Positions 16,244 to 26,271 are shown, counted from the first letter of the stretch. The stretch: DNA of 64,000 nt from Acidobacteriota bacterium (GCA_031411895.1 JANOBZ010000181.1:2998-66997), one strand, 5' to 3'. Translations and numbers: made by a program. The notes: a model not told the origin generated them from the letters alone.

Positions 16244-17953
16244 AGAATTTTTTTTATCAATATCAATCTGTGGTTGCAGATTCTCTGTGGATAATGAAGT
16301 TTCAATCGCTTCGGATTTCCCGAAAACGCGCGATTTTGAAAGTTTTGAGAGTAGCTTTAAGTGCCCGAAAATCGTCCTTGCAGTTTTCATTTTCGAAAAT
16401 CCGAACAGACGGACTTCGAGCACCGCCGGGTATTCGACGATCTTTCCGCCCTTCAGATCGAGCCGCCCGAGCATTTCCGCGACGCCTAAGAAACCCTTTT
16501 CCCGAATCGGCAAGTCAACGACGGATGCGCGGCGGTAAACGCGAAAACAGCTCGTATAAGTCGCGAGTTTTGCCCGCAGCGCGCGGCGGTAAAGCCACGA
16601 CGCGCCTTTTGATAAAAACAAGCGCCATTCGGGAACATTGCGCACGCCGCCTTCGCGATGATACGGCGAAGCCGTCACCAGATCCACGTCGCCGGTCAAA
16701 AGCGGCAGCATTTTAACAAGCTCGTGCGGGTCGTACGTGCAGTCGCAGTCCATCGAGCAGACGATTTCCGTGTCCGCCGCGCGAAGCCCGGTCATAATTC
16801 CGGCGGCAACGCCCTGATTCGTTTCGTGACGAACGATTCGCACGTTTTCCCGTCCGCCGAAAAGCTCGTTCAGTTTTTCGAGCGTCGTGTCTTTCGAACA
16901 ATCGTCAACAAAAATAAAATTCGCGCGGAAACCGTTTTCCGAGAGGTTCGTCTCGACGCTTCGGAGGGTGTTTGCCAGGTAAGGCAGCGCCGCTTCTTCG
17001 TTGTAACACGGAATGACGACCGACACGGGATTTTGGATTTTGGATTTTGGATTTTGGATTTGCGGAGTCGAATTTTCCTTTTGCAATTCGTGATTCGCAA
17101 TTCGTAATTCGTCTTTTAGCCCGAGAAATTCCGCTGCGTCGCAGAAATCGTATTTCTGGATGTTTTCCTTGAGAATCCATTCCATTTTGTCGAGCTTGCG
17201 GTAATGACGAATGCGGTTGTAGTGCGAGGCGGCGTTGATGCGCGGCTGTTCGGGGTCGAGTTCCCAGACGTGAAAATAAAAAACGAACGGCTCGCTTTCT
17301 CGTTCGTGCCAATCGCGCACCGCGCGGCGCATCAATGTGTATGGAATCTGACGAAAGTAATTGCCGCCCGAGATCGGAAGAAGCCCGACGCCGAAATTCC
17401 GCGTCGAATACGGAAATTCCCAGACGGCTTTCCCGTTCGTATGAACCTGATGCGCGAAACGCTTGTTTTTATCGTCTTTTCTGGTCGGCAGAAACGACGC
17501 GTCGTAAACAAATCCTTCTTCCGCCAAAACGTCGAAAATCCACGAATCTTTTTCGTAATTGAGTTTTTCGGCGGCGCGGTAACCGATGATTTTCTGACCC
17601 GACGCATCTTCCAATATCCGATTCGTTTTGCGCAAATCTTCGCGAAATTCTTCGTTTGTCAGGTTTTTCAAACTGCGGTGATAAAAACCGCGCGACGCTA
17701 GTTCGTGTCCGCGCGCGGCGATCTCGCGGACAAGTTTCGGATTCTGTTCGGCAATCCAGCCGAGCACGAAAAACGTCGCTTTCGTGTCGAATTCGTCGAG
17801 CAGATCGAGAGTTTTCAATGTGTTCTGTTCGTAACGCGGCTCGAAATTCTCCCAATTTCTCTGCTGAATCAGATTTTCGAACGCGCCGACGTGAAAATAG
17901 TCCTCGACCAGCACGGTCAACAGATGTTTTTTGTTTTGAAGGGGTGAATTCAT
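16235..17953 (-). CDS. Fusion of DUF3473-type polysaccharide deacetylase (PEP-CTERM-locus type) and family 2 glycosyltransferase, joined by repeat-derived linker
   Basis: N-terminal LLTVLVEDYFHVGAF...ATFFVLGWIAE...GHELASRGFYH; C-terminal VSVVIPCYNEE...FVDDCSKD GT2 motifs; linker ELRIANHELQKENSTPQIQNPKSKIQNP encoded by two tandem-repeat arrays. Confidence 0.85.
   Translation of the reverse strand: MNSPLQNKKHLLTVLVEDYFHVGAFENLIQQRNWENFEPRYEQNTLKTLDLLDEFDTKATFFVLGWIAEQNPKLVREIAARGHELASRGFYHRSLKNLTNEEFREDLRKTNRILEDASGQKIIGYRAAEKLNYEKDSWIFDVLAEEGFVYDASFLPTRKDDKNKRFAHQVHTNGKAVWEFPYSTRNFGVGLLPISGGNYFRQIPYTLMRRAVRDWHERESEPFVFYFHVWELDPEQPRINAASHYNRIRHYRKLDKMEWILKENIQKYDFCDAAEFLGLKDELRIANHELQKENSTPQIQNPKSKIQNPVSVVIPCYNEEAALPYLANTLRSVETNLSENGFRANFIFVDDCSKDTTLEKLNELFGGRENVRIVRHETNQGVAAGIMTGLRAADTEIVCSMDCDCTYDPHELVKMLPLLTGDVDLVTASPYHREGGVRNVPEWRLFLSKGASWLYRRALRAKLATYTSCFRVYRRASVVDLPIREKGFLGVAEMLGRLDLKGGKIVEYPAVLEVRLFGFSKMKTARTIFGHLKLLSKLSKSRVFGKSEAIETSLSTENLQPQIDIDKKNSKW
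17027..17112. repeat. Two single-arm arrays, (GGATTTT)5 and AATTCGT units, forming the inter-domain linker of CDS 16235..17953
   Basis: GGGATTTTGGATTTTGGATTTTGGATTTTGGATTTG ... GCAATTCGTGATTCGCAATTCGTAATTCGTC. Confidence 0.9.
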
Positions 17954-17967
17954 TAAAAATTTAAAAC

Positions 17968-19173
17968 TTAAGACTGCTGAACGTTTCGGGCTTTTTTAAC
18001 TTTCGCGCCGAATTTTTCTTCGATAATTTTAACGATCCGCTGCGCCGCGCGCCCGTCGCCGAACGGGTTCGCGACTTCTTTAACGGATTTTATCCACGTT
18101 TCGACCGAATAATTTTCTTCGAGCATCCGCGCCAGACTCGTCGGATTTCCGCCGACCAGTTTAGCGACGCCCGCGCGAATCGCTTCCGGTCGCTCGGTGT
18201 TTTCGCGGAGCACGAAAAGCGGTTTACCCAAACTCGGCGCTTCTTCCTGAATGCCGCCCGAATCCGAAACGATCAGCCAGACCGATTTCATGAGCGCGAT
18301 AAAATCCTTGTAACCCAAAGGTTCGAGCAGGTAAATTCTTTCGCAGTCTGCCAGAATCTCGGCGGTTACCGCCTGCACGTTCGGATTCGGGTGAACCGGA
18401 AAAAACAGGCAGACGTCTTTTCTTTTCTCGACGAATTTGCGTAAGACTTTTAGATTTCCGCTCATCTGCTCGCCGAAACTTTCGCGGCGGTGCGTGGTCA
18501 GCAGAATTCTTTTCAAGCCTTCGGTTTCTTCGATCAGTTCGGCGATTTCCCCGCTCGTCGAAAGATTTTTCAGAATGTGCCGCAAGGTGTCAACGACCGT
18601 ATTGCCGGTCACGAAAACCTTCTCGGTCGGAATACTTTCGGCTAAGAGATTGCTGCGGTTGCGCTCGGTCGCGGCAAAATGAAGATTGGCGATCTGCGAG
18701 ACGAGACGACGGTTTAATTCCTCTGGAAACGGGCTGTAGAGATTCCCCGAACGCAGTCCGGCTTCGACGTGTCCGACCGGAATCCGGCGATTGAAACCGG
18801 CAAGCGCGCCTGCTAAAGCCGTCGTCGTATCGCCCTGCACGAGAATCAGATCGGGTTGTTCCTCGGCGAGAATTTTGTCGAGTTTTGCGAGAATCTTCGA
18901 GCAGACCTCATTCGGCGTCTGATTTTTTTTCATCACGCGCAGATCGAAATCCGTCTCGATCTCGAGCATTTTCAAAAAGGGTTTCAAAAGTTCGCGGTGC
19001 TGGCTCGAAGAAACGACGACGGTTTGAAAAAACTTCTTTCTCAGTTCGTGAACAACGGGCGCGAGCTTGATCGCTTCGGGGCGCGTCCCGAAAAGCACGA
19101 GAATCTTGAGCCGCCGAGGGGCTGTCTCGGGCGGTTTGATTTGTGTATTTTCCGGCGCGGCGGCGTCTAACAT
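17968..19173 (-). CDS. wecB: UDP-N-acetylglucosamine 2-epimerase family (WecB / WbpI-like, non-hydrolysing)
   Basis: ILVLFGTRPEAIKLAPV, LVQGDTTT, DSGGIQEEAPSLGKP motifs. Confidence 0.9.
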   Translation of the reverse strand: MLDAAAPENTQIKPPETAPRRLKILVLFGTRPEAIKLAPVVHELRKKFFQTVVVSSSQHRELLKPFLKMLEIETDFDLRVMKKNQTPNEVCSKILAKLDKILAEEQPDLILVQGDTTTALAGALAGFNRRIPVGHVEAGLRSGNLYSPFPEELNRRLVSQIANLHFAATERNRSNLLAESIPTEKVFVTGNTVVDTLRHILKNLSTSGEIAELIEETEGLKRILLTTHRRESFGEQMSGNLKVLRKFVEKRKDVCLFFPVHPNPNVQAVTAEILADCERIYLLEPLGYKDFIALMKSVWLIVSDSGGIQEEAPSLGKPLFVLRENTERPEAIRAGVAKLVGGNPTSLARMLEENYSVETWIKSVKEVANPFGDGRAAQRIVKIIEEKFGAKVKKARNVQQS

Positions 19174-19465
19174 AATCTTTCTAATGTTCAGATTCGAAAC
19201 TTTCCGAAAATTTCGGTTCGATATTCACTTAAACTGCCAATATTTCCCTATTTCTTGATTTTCACCGATTTTTATAAATTGAAATGAGATTGTACCTGCG
19301 ACGACAAAAGCCGGGAAATAAAGAGAAAAGTTTTTTGTAAATTAATTGCGGAACGCGGTTTAGTCTGCCTGAACCGGCAGAACTTTTATATTTTAGCCCG
19401 ATTTTTCGGCAAAACTCAAGGAATTTTTGAATTTACGCGGATTTTCTTGGGCACAAATATACAAA

Positions 19466-19501
19466 TAAAAAAAGACGGGTCGTCGAAACCCGTCTTTTTT
19501 C
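19466..19501. terminator. Bidirectional rho-independent terminator (serves ferredoxin gene on minus strand)
   Basis: AAAAAAAGACGGGT cgtcgaa ACCCGTCTTTTTT. Confidence 0.75.
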
Positions 19502-19521
19502 AAAAAAATTGTAAAAATTGC

Positions 19522-19818
19522 TTATTCCGGCTGACCTTTACAACCCGGAGCGAAAAGCGCGGGCTGTTTGGTGGAAATGATCGGATAATTTTCCGCTTCG
19601 GTGTTAATTTCGACCCAGCCGAGATATTCTTCGGGAATCGACATATCGGAGAAAATCGCTTCGACCGGACACTCCGGCAAACAGGCGTCGCAGTCAATAC
19701 AGGTGTCCGGATTGATTAAAAGTTTGTCAGGCAGTTCGTGAAAAGCCTCGACGGGACAAACCGCAGCGCAGTCGGTATATTTACATTCAACACAGGGTTC
19801 GGTAACGATATAAGTCAT
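19522..19818 (-). CDS. Ferredoxin (FdxA-type, two Fe-S cluster motifs)
   Basis: MTYIVTEPCVECKYTDCAAVCPVEAF...CIDCDACLPECPVEAI. Confidence 0.85.
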   Translation of the reverse strand: MTYIVTEPCVECKYTDCAAVCPVEAFHELPDKLLINPDTCIDCDACLPECPVEAIFSDMSIPEEYLGWVEINTEAENYPIISTKQPALFAPGCKGQPE

Positions 19819-19969
19819 TTAATTTTTGAAAATCTCCTCGCGTTTTTAATCAACTCAAGATAAAAAGCTAAAACAGCAGGGCTAACTTGTCAAATGCCGC
19901 CGTTCAAGTGATAAAATGCCTTCTATTATCAAAATTTATCAACAAATAACTTTTTAGGGAAAACAGAAA

Positions 19970-21010
19970 ATGAAATTAAAGGCAGAACACGATTTAGCGC
20001 TGGAGTTTTTGCGCGTGACGGAAGCGGCGGCGATTGAATCCGCCAAAACAATGGGACAGGGCGACCGGAAGCACTCGGACCACGTGGCGGTCGAGGCGAT
20101 GCGCGAAGTGATGGACACCGTTCCGATGCGTGGGCGTATCGTCATCGGCGAAGGCGAACGCGACGAAGCGCCGATGCTCTATATCGGCGAAGAACTCGGC
20201 GGCGGAAGCTTTTCGGAAGAGGCAAAAGCTGATTTTCCCGAAGTTGACATTGCGGTTGATCCGCTCGAAGGCACGAATCTGTGCGCCTTGGGCGCAAACA
20301 ACGCGATCGCCGTGCTCGCGGCGGCAGAACGCGGCGGTTTGTTGAACGCGCCCGACATTTATATGGATAAGATCGTCGTCGGACCGAGTTGTCGCGGCGC
20401 GATCGATATCGATGCGCCGGTTAAAGACAACCTGAAAAATATCGCGCGCCGCCTCGGACGCGACATTGACGATCTAACGGTCATGTGTCTCGACCGTTCG
20501 CGGCATAAACAGCTGATCGCCGACGTTCGCGCGACCGGCGCGCGGATCCGCCTGATTTCGGACGGCGACCTTTCAGCAGGGATTTCGGCGGCGGTCGCGG
20601 GAACGAACATTCACGCGCTGATGGGCATCGGTGGCGCGCCCGAAGGCGTTATTACCGCAGCCGCGATGCGATGTCTGAACGGCGAGATTCAAGCGAAACT
20701 CGTTTTCGATCCCGAACGCCTGGGCGTTGACAAATCAAAAGTGCCGCCCGTCGAAGAAGTAATGGAACGCCTTAAATCAATGGGCATTTCCGACCCGAAC
20801 AAAATTTACGACACCAACGATCTTGCGCCGGGCAAAAGGATTATTTTCGCGGCGACCGGCGTGACCGACGGCGCTCTTTTGCGCGGTGTCCGGTTTTTCG
20901 GTGCCGGCAAACGCACGCATTCCGTCGTGATGACGACCGATACGAGAAATATTCGTTTCGTTGATACGGTTCACGTCGAAGGCGGACCCGACGCGGTAAT
21001 CCGATTTTAG
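19970..21010 (+). CDS. glpX: Class II fructose-1,6-bisphosphatase
   Basis: [19 protein letters not shown]...[22 protein letters not shown] motifs of GlpX. Confidence 0.9.
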   Translation: MKLKAEHDLALEFLRVTEAAAIESAKTMGQGDRKHSDHVAVEAMREVMDTVPMRGRIVIGEGERDEAPMLYIGEELGGGSFSEEAKADFPEVDIAVDPLEGTNLCALGANNAIAVLAAAERGGLLNAPDIYMDKIVVGPSCRGAIDIDAPVKDNLKNIARRLGRDIDDLTVMCLDRSRHKQLIADVRATGARIRLISDGDLSAGISAAVAGTNIHALMGIGGAPEGVITAAAMRCLNGEIQAKLVFDPERLGVDKSKVPPVEEVMERLKSMGISDPNKIYDTNDLAPGKRIIFAATGVTDGALLRGVRFFGAGKRTHSVVMTTDTRNIRFVDTVHVEGGPDAVIRF

Positions 21011-21017
21011 GATTTTC

Positions 21018-21090
21018 AGCCACGAACAAACACGAAACCACACGAAAAAATTTATTGTAATTTCGTGAAATTTTGTGTTTGTTCGTGGCT
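21018..21090. repeat. Tandem-unit hairpin element (AGCC-CACGAA family) between glpX and ppsA
   Basis: AGCCACGAAcaaaCACGAAaccaCACGAA - loop - TTCGTGaaatTTTGTGtttgTTCGTGGCT. Confidence 0.9.
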
Positions 21091-21101
21091 AAACTATAAA
21101 T

Positions 21102-23510
21102 ATGAATAATTCAAAACCCTTTGTTCTCGATTTGAGCGAAGTCAGTGCCGATGATGTGGCGCTCGTCGGCGGAAAATGTTCTTCTCTCGGAGAGCTTTTC
21201 CGCGAGCTGACAACGCAGGGCGTACGCACCGTTGACGGTTTTACGACGACGAGCTTTGCTTACGAGCTGCTGCTTGAAACGAACGGCTTGCGGAAAAAAC
21301 TACAGAAACTTCTTAAAGGTTTGGATGTCAACAACCTTGAAGAACTGGCGCGCGTCGGCTCGGAAGCCCGTGCGCTGATGCTCGAAACGCCTTTTCCGAA
21401 AGAAGTCGAAACGGCGATCTTCGAAGCTTATAAAAAGCTCGGCGACCGCATCGGCAAAAAAACATTCGAAGTCGCGGTGCGCTCGTCGGCAACCGCCGAA
21501 GATTTGCCCGACGCTTCGTTTGCCGGTCAGCAGGACACGATCTTAAACGTCAGGGGCGAATCAAGGCTGATCGAAGCGTGCCATGAATGCTACGCGTCGC
21601 TCTGGACCGACCGCGCGATTTCGTACCGCACGGCAAAAGGTTTCGACCATTTCGACGTCGCGCTCTCGATCGGAATTCAGCCGATGGTGCGCTCGGATAT
21701 CGCCTGTTCGGGCGTGATGTTCACGCTCGATACGGAATCGGGTTTTCGCGAAGCGGTCGTGATTAACGGCGCATGGGGTTTGGGCGAAGCGGTCGTGCAG
21801 GGCATGGCGACGCCCGACGAATGGATTATCTTTAAACCGACATTGAAACTCGGCTTTCGCCCGATCGTGACGCGGAAATTAGGCGTCAAGGAAGTCAAAA
21901 TGGTTTTTGCCGATGACGGAACGGGAACGCAGGTGCGCGATGTCGTCGAATCACAGCGCAAACGTTTTTGCCTTTCGGGTTACGAAGTTTTGCAGCTCGC
22001 TCAATGGGCGTGCGCGATCGAAGACCATTATTCGAAACGCGCCGGAAAACCGCAGCCGATGGACATCGAATGGGCGAAGGACGGCATCACGGGCGAGCTT
22101 TTTATTCTTCAGGCGCGCCCGGAAACCGTTCACGCGCAAAACAACGAGAACTTTATCGAAACTTATAATCTTTCGGAAAACCACGGCGCGCCGCTCGTTT
22201 CCGGCGTCGCGGTCGGCGAAAAGATCGGCTACGGCACGGCGCACGTCATTCTCGACACCAACAAGATCACGAGTTTCAAAGAAGGCGAGATTCTCGTTAC
22301 TTCGATGACCGATCCGGCGTGGGAACCGATCATGAAACGCGCTTCGGCGATCGTCACGAATCGCGGCGGGCGCACCTGTCACAGCGCGATCATCAGCCGC
22401 GAGCTCGGGATTCCGTGTATCGTCGGCACGGGAAACGCGACCGAAATGCTGCGTTCGGGCAGCGACGTGACGGTTTCGTGCGCCGAAGGCGACCGCGGAA
22501 ATATCTATTACGGACAAGTTGAATTTACGGTTGACCGCCACGAAATTACCGATAAGGAACGCCCGAAAACGCAGGTCATGATGAACGTCGGCGATCCCGA
22601 CCACGCTTTTTCCGTGTCGCGTCTGCCGAACGACGGCGTCGGACTGGCGCGCCTTGAATTTATCATCAACAATCACATCGGAATTCACCCGATGGCGCTC
22701 GTCAATTATCCGGATTTGAAAGATCGTAAGGACGTCGAGGTAATTTCGAGCCGCATTTTGGAAGAAGACCCGAAAGAGTTTTTCGTGCGCAATCTGGCGG
22801 AAGGCGTCGGGCGAATCGCGGCGGCGTTTTATCCGAAACCGGTGATCGTCAGAATGTCTGACTTTAAATCGAACGAATACGCGCGGCTGATCGGCGGCAG
22901 CGAATTCGAACCCGAAGAAGAAAATCCGATGCTCGGATTTCGCGGCGCGTCGCGCTATTACGACGACCGTTACAAAGCCGGTTTCAGATTGGAATGTCTC
23001 TCGATTCTTCGCGTTCGCGAGGATATGGGATTAACCAACGTTAAAGTGATGATTCCCTTCTGCCGGACGGTCGAAGAAGGCGAAAAGGTCATCGAATGTA
23101 TGGCGGAACACGGGCTCGTGCAGGGCGATAACGATCTCGAAGTTTACGCGATGTGCGAATTGCCGGCAAACGTCGTTTTCGCCGATGAATTTTTACAGGT
23201 TTTCGACGGTTACTCGATCGGCTCGAACGATTTGACACAGCTTGCTTTGGGCTTAGACCGCGATTCGGAGATGGTCGCGCATCTTTTTGACGAACGCAAC
23301 GGCGCGGTCGAAAAAATGGTCGCGATGGCGATCGACGCGGCGAAAAGAAACAATAAAAAGATCGGCATCTGCGGTCAGGCACCGTCGGATTATCCGGAAT
23401 TTGCGCAGTTTCTGGTCGAACGCGGGATCAATTCGATTTCGCTTAATCCCGACACGGTTATTCAAACGACGGCGCATATTTTGAAAACCGAAAAGCACTT
23501 GAAAAAATAA
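21102..23510 (+). CDS. ppsA: Phosphoenolpyruvate synthase
   Basis: 802 aa; VGGKCSSLGE, VAVRSSATAEDLPDASFAGQQDT, GGRTCHSAIISRELGIPCIVG (phospho-His) and GICGQAPSD motifs. Confidence 0.95.
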   Translation: MNNSKPFVLDLSEVSADDVALVGGKCSSLGELFRELTTQGVRTVDGFTTTSFAYELLLETNGLRKKLQKLLKGLDVNNLEELARVGSEARALMLETPFPKEVETAIFEAYKKLGDRIGKKTFEVAVRSSATAEDLPDASFAGQQDTILNVRGESRLIEACHECYASLWTDRAISYRTAKGFDHFDVALSIGIQPMVRSDIACSGVMFTLDTESGFREAVVINGAWGLGEAVVQGMATPDEWIIFKPTLKLGFRPIVTRKLGVKEVKMVFADDGTGTQVRDVVESQRKRFCLSGYEVLQLAQWACAIEDHYSKRAGKPQPMDIEWAKDGITGELFILQARPETVHAQNNENFIETYNLSENHGAPLVSGVAVGEKIGYGTAHVILDTNKITSFKEGEILVTSMTDPAWEPIMKRASAIVTNRGGRTCHSAIISRELGIPCIVGTGNATEMLRSGSDVTVSCAEGDRGNIYYGQVEFTVDRHEITDKERPKTQVMMNVGDPDHAFSVSRLPNDGVGLARLEFIINNHIGIHPMALVNYPDLKDRKDVEVISSRILEEDPKEFFVRNLAEGVGRIAAAFYPKPVIVRMSDFKSNEYARLIGGSEFEPEEENPMLGFRGASRYYDDRYKAGFRLECLSILRVREDMGLTNVKVMIPFCRTVEEGEKVIECMAEHGLVQGDNDLEVYAMCELPANVVFADEFLQVFDGYSIGSNDLTQLALGLDRDSEMVAHLFDERNGAVEKMVAMAIDAAKRNNKKIGICGQAPSDYPEFAQFLVERGINSISLNPDTVIQTTAHILKTEKHLKK

Positions 23511-23573
23511 GACCACGGATTACACAGATTATTTTTACAGCTTTAAAGTCCGTGTAATCCGTGTAATCTGTTG
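23511..23573. repeat. Tandem-unit hairpin element (CACGGATTA family)
   Basis: GACCACGGATTACACAGATTA - loop - TCCGTGTAATCCGTGTAATCTGTTG after ppsA stop. Confidence 0.85.
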
Positions 23574-23578
23574 TTAAA

Positions 23579-24109
23579 TTGAAGATGAATCAGCCGATCG
23601 AAAACTATATTCCGCAGAATTTTACACAGAAATTCCGCCGTCAGGCGTGGAAGGTTTGGGCGATTTCCCTGCTCGTGGTTTTCGGTTGGGTTTTGCTGAT
23701 TTTGCTCGCGCCGCTCGGCATGACGAACGGCTTTGAAAAGCTTTCGGCTGGAATTTATAAAGCGTTCGGTTTTATCTGCCACCAGATTGATGGGCGTTCG
23801 TTTCACATCGAAAATCACGCGTTTGCGGTTTGCACGCGCTGTTTCGGCGTTTATTTCGGGCTCGCTCTCGGTTTTTTGATTTACCCGATTTTAAGAAAAG
23901 TCGACGACATCGAGCCGCTTCCGCGTTTCTGGCTGTTTCTCTCAATGATTCCGATCGGGCTTGATTGGGCGCTCGGCGCATTCGACATCTGGGAAAACAC
24001 GGCTTATTCGCGCTTTTTTACGGGTTTGATTCTCGGCGCGGCGTGCGCGATCTATATCGTTCCGGCGCTGGTCGAAATTTTTCGGTATCTGCGGAAAAAT
24101 CCGAAATAA
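23579..24109 (+). CDS. DUF2085-type membrane protein
   Basis: CHQIDGRSFH...AVCTRCFGVYFG motif with four hydrophobic helices. Confidence 0.7.
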   Translation: MKMNQPIENYIPQNFTQKFRRQAWKVWAISLLVVFGWVLLILLAPLGMTNGFEKLSAGIYKAFGFICHQIDGRSFHIENHAFAVCTRCFGVYFGLALGFLIYPILRKVDDIEPLPRFWLFLSMIPIGLDWALGAFDIWENTAYSRFFTGLILGAACAIYIVPALVEIFRYLRKNPK

Positions 24110-24111
24110 AA

Positions 24112-24132
24112 AGGCTGTCGTATTGACAGCCT
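24112..24132 (+). terminator. Hairpin after DUF2085 gene (weak terminator, no U tract)
   Basis: AGGCTGTC gtatt GACAGCCT directly after the stop codon. Confidence 0.35.
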
Positions 24133-24424
24133 CGTAATCTAAATTTATATTTTCGATATTTTTCTGGATATTTTGTTGGCAATTGCCGTCGTATCGGCAA
24201 TCCCTTGATAAGTAAATTTTATTTTAGGGAAGATTTTTTTAATTGGCAAGTTTTATTTTGCAACTTTTTTATTTTGTTCCGTTTACGGCTAAATTTCGAA
24301 ATTATTTAACTTAACCTTGTAATAAAAAGTTTTCCACCTGTGGAAAACTTTTTCAGGCTTCGATATTTATTGACTAATCATCAAAATAAGAGCAGAATTA
24401 TTTTGCAAACGACGAAATTAATCT

Positions 24425-24706
24425 ATGAGTTTTACCAAGGAAAGCGCAGTTGAAAGAGCTAAACAGGATTTGGCGCAGCGCGTCGGCGTCCCGGAAAGCG
24501 AAATTACAGATTCGGTGACCGACATGGAATTCCCCGATATGGCGCTCGGCGCGCCCGAAGACGGCGAAATGGCGGCACAGATGATTACGAGCGGTTGGCG
24601 CATCGATTTGAGCGCGAACGGCGAGAATTATGAATACCGCGCCCAGAAATACGGAGAGCTTCGGCTGCGTGGATTTAACGGAACAAATTACATTATCGCA
24701 TCGTGA
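24425..24706 (+). CDS. Small acidic hypothetical protein upstream of S8 peptidase
   Basis: Host-like codon usage over 93 codons; no family recognised; no clear SD. Confidence 0.5.
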   Translation: MSFTKESAVERAKQDLAQRVGVPESEITDSVTDMEFPDMALGAPEDGEMAAQMITSGWRIDLSANGENYEYRAQKYGELRLRGFNGTNYIIAS

Positions 24707-24776
24707 ATATAAAGTGGAAAATGCTTTTTCTTTGAGGAAAAGTTTTCCGCTTTAATTTTTTTGGAGTTAAAAAAAA

Positions 24777-26210
24777 ATGAATCGTAATAATATTTGGATA
24801 CATATTTGCATCGCAGTTGTCTTGATTACGATGGCGGCGGTTTGGGGACAAGTTCGCCGTTGGGATAAATCGCTGAGAACGGCGAACACGACCCAAAAAT
24901 CCATCAAAACAACGCCGAAACCGGTTGCGCCGAAGCGTTCGAACAGCGAAAAGGAACCGGAAGTTCTGGTTAAATTCCGTTCGGGCGTCAGTTTAGCGGA
25001 CATTAAAAAAATCGCCGAAAAAAATAACGACCGGCTCGAAGACGAAATCGAAACCGTCAAAGGCTTGGTTTCAATCGACGATTTAGACAATGCCGACGCT
25101 CAAAAAGTAGCGGAACAATACGCGCAGATGAGCGATCTGGTCGTTTATGCCGAACCGAACTTTGAAATCAAATTAAGCGACCCCGCAAATGTTGCCGCGC
25201 CCGTCTCTGATTTCGACGCGCCCGAATACGATCCGGCGATGCCGAACGATCCGATGTTTGCCGAACAATGGGCTTTAAACAATACGGGACAAAACGGCGG
25301 CAAGGAAAAAGCGCACGTTGACGCGCTCAAAGCATGGCTGAAAACCAAAGGAAGCGATAAAGTCGTCGTCGCCGTTCTCGACACGGGCGTTGATTTTACG
25401 CACGGCGATCTTGTTTCAAACATCTGGTTTCGTCCCGACAATATTCCGCAATACACGGACGACGAGCTCGGAACTTTTAACGACGAACACGGTTTTAACG
25501 CCACCGACAACATTTCTGACCCGATGGACGATAACGGGCACGGAACGCACTGCGCCGGAATTATCGGCGCGGAAGGCAATAACGATAAAGGAATTGCCGG
25601 AATCAACTGGAATGTCCAGATCATGCCTTTGAAATTCCTCGGACGCGGCGGTTTCGGTTCGACGAAAGACGCGATCGAAGCGATCAATTACGCGGTCGAC
25701 CGCAAACAAAAAGGCGTCAATATCCGCGTCATCAGCGCGAGCTGGGGTTCGACGCAGTATTCGAAAGCGCTCGAAGATTCTATTCGCGCCGCGAGCGAAG
25801 CGGGAATTTTATTCGTCGCCGCCGCCGGAAACGACGGTTCGAGCAACGATAAACGCGCGCATTACCCGTCGAATTACGATCTGCCGAACGTGATCAGCGT
25901 CGCCGCGATGGACCGAAACGACCAGATGGCTTCGTTCTCGAACTTCGGCGTCAAAACCGTTCACATCGCCGCGCCGGGTAAAGACATTCTTTCGACGTGG
26001 CTGGGCGACCAGTATCGCGAAGCTTCGGGAACCTCGATGGCAACGCCGTATGTTTCGGGCGTCGCCGGATTGGTGCTTGCGGCTGAGCCGGATTTGACGG
26101 TCGCTAAACTGCGCGAACGGCTTTTGAAATCGGTCGATAAAATGGACAATTTGAGCGACAAAGTTCAAAGCGGCGGACGACTCAATGCCGCCAAAGCGCT
26201 CGGAGATTAA
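24777..26210 (+). CDS. S8 family (subtilisin-like) serine peptidase with N-terminal I9-like propeptide
   Basis: Catalytic triad motifs VAVLDTGVD, HGTHCAG, GTSMATPYVSG; N-terminal signal anchor. Confidence 0.9.
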   Translation: MNRNNIWIHICIAVVLITMAAVWGQVRRWDKSLRTANTTQKSIKTTPKPVAPKRSNSEKEPEVLVKFRSGVSLADIKKIAEKNNDRLEDEIETVKGLVSIDDLDNADAQKVAEQYAQMSDLVVYAEPNFEIKLSDPANVAAPVSDFDAPEYDPAMPNDPMFAEQWALNNTGQNGGKEKAHVDALKAWLKTKGSDKVVVAVLDTGVDFTHGDLVSNIWFRPDNIPQYTDDELGTFNDEHGFNATDNISDPMDDNGHGTHCAGIIGAEGNNDKGIAGINWNVQIMPLKFLGRGGFGSTKDAIEAINYAVDRKQKGVNIRVISASWGSTQYSKALEDSIRAASEAGILFVAAAGNDGSSNDKRAHYPSNYDLPNVISVAAMDRNDQMASFSNFGVKTVHIAAPGKDILSTWLGDQYREASGTSMATPYVSGVAGLVLAAEPDLTVAKLRERLLKSVDKMDNLSDKVQSGGRLNAAKALGD

Positions 26211-26225
26211 CTCTTTCGATAAAAT

Positions 26226-26271
26226 AAGAAATAAAAAAGCCGCGATATGATTCGCGGCTTTTTTATTTCTT
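26226..26271. terminator. Bidirectional terminator after S8 peptidase gene
   Basis: 20-nt perfect arms AAGAAATAAAAAAGCCGCGA / TCGCGGCTTTTTTATTTCTT. Confidence 0.8.

Noticed and set aside
19819-19969. Sigma-70 promoter assignment in the ferredoxin/glpX divergent region (TTGTCA...GATAAA).
   Set aside because: The match is weak and the spacing ambiguous, so it cannot be supported without TSS data.
24244-24262. Sigma-54-like sequence TGGCAAgttttattTTGCA upstream of CDS 24425.
   Set aside because: The GG-to-GC spacing is three nt too long relative to TGGCAC-N5-TTGC, and the -24 element is imperfect.
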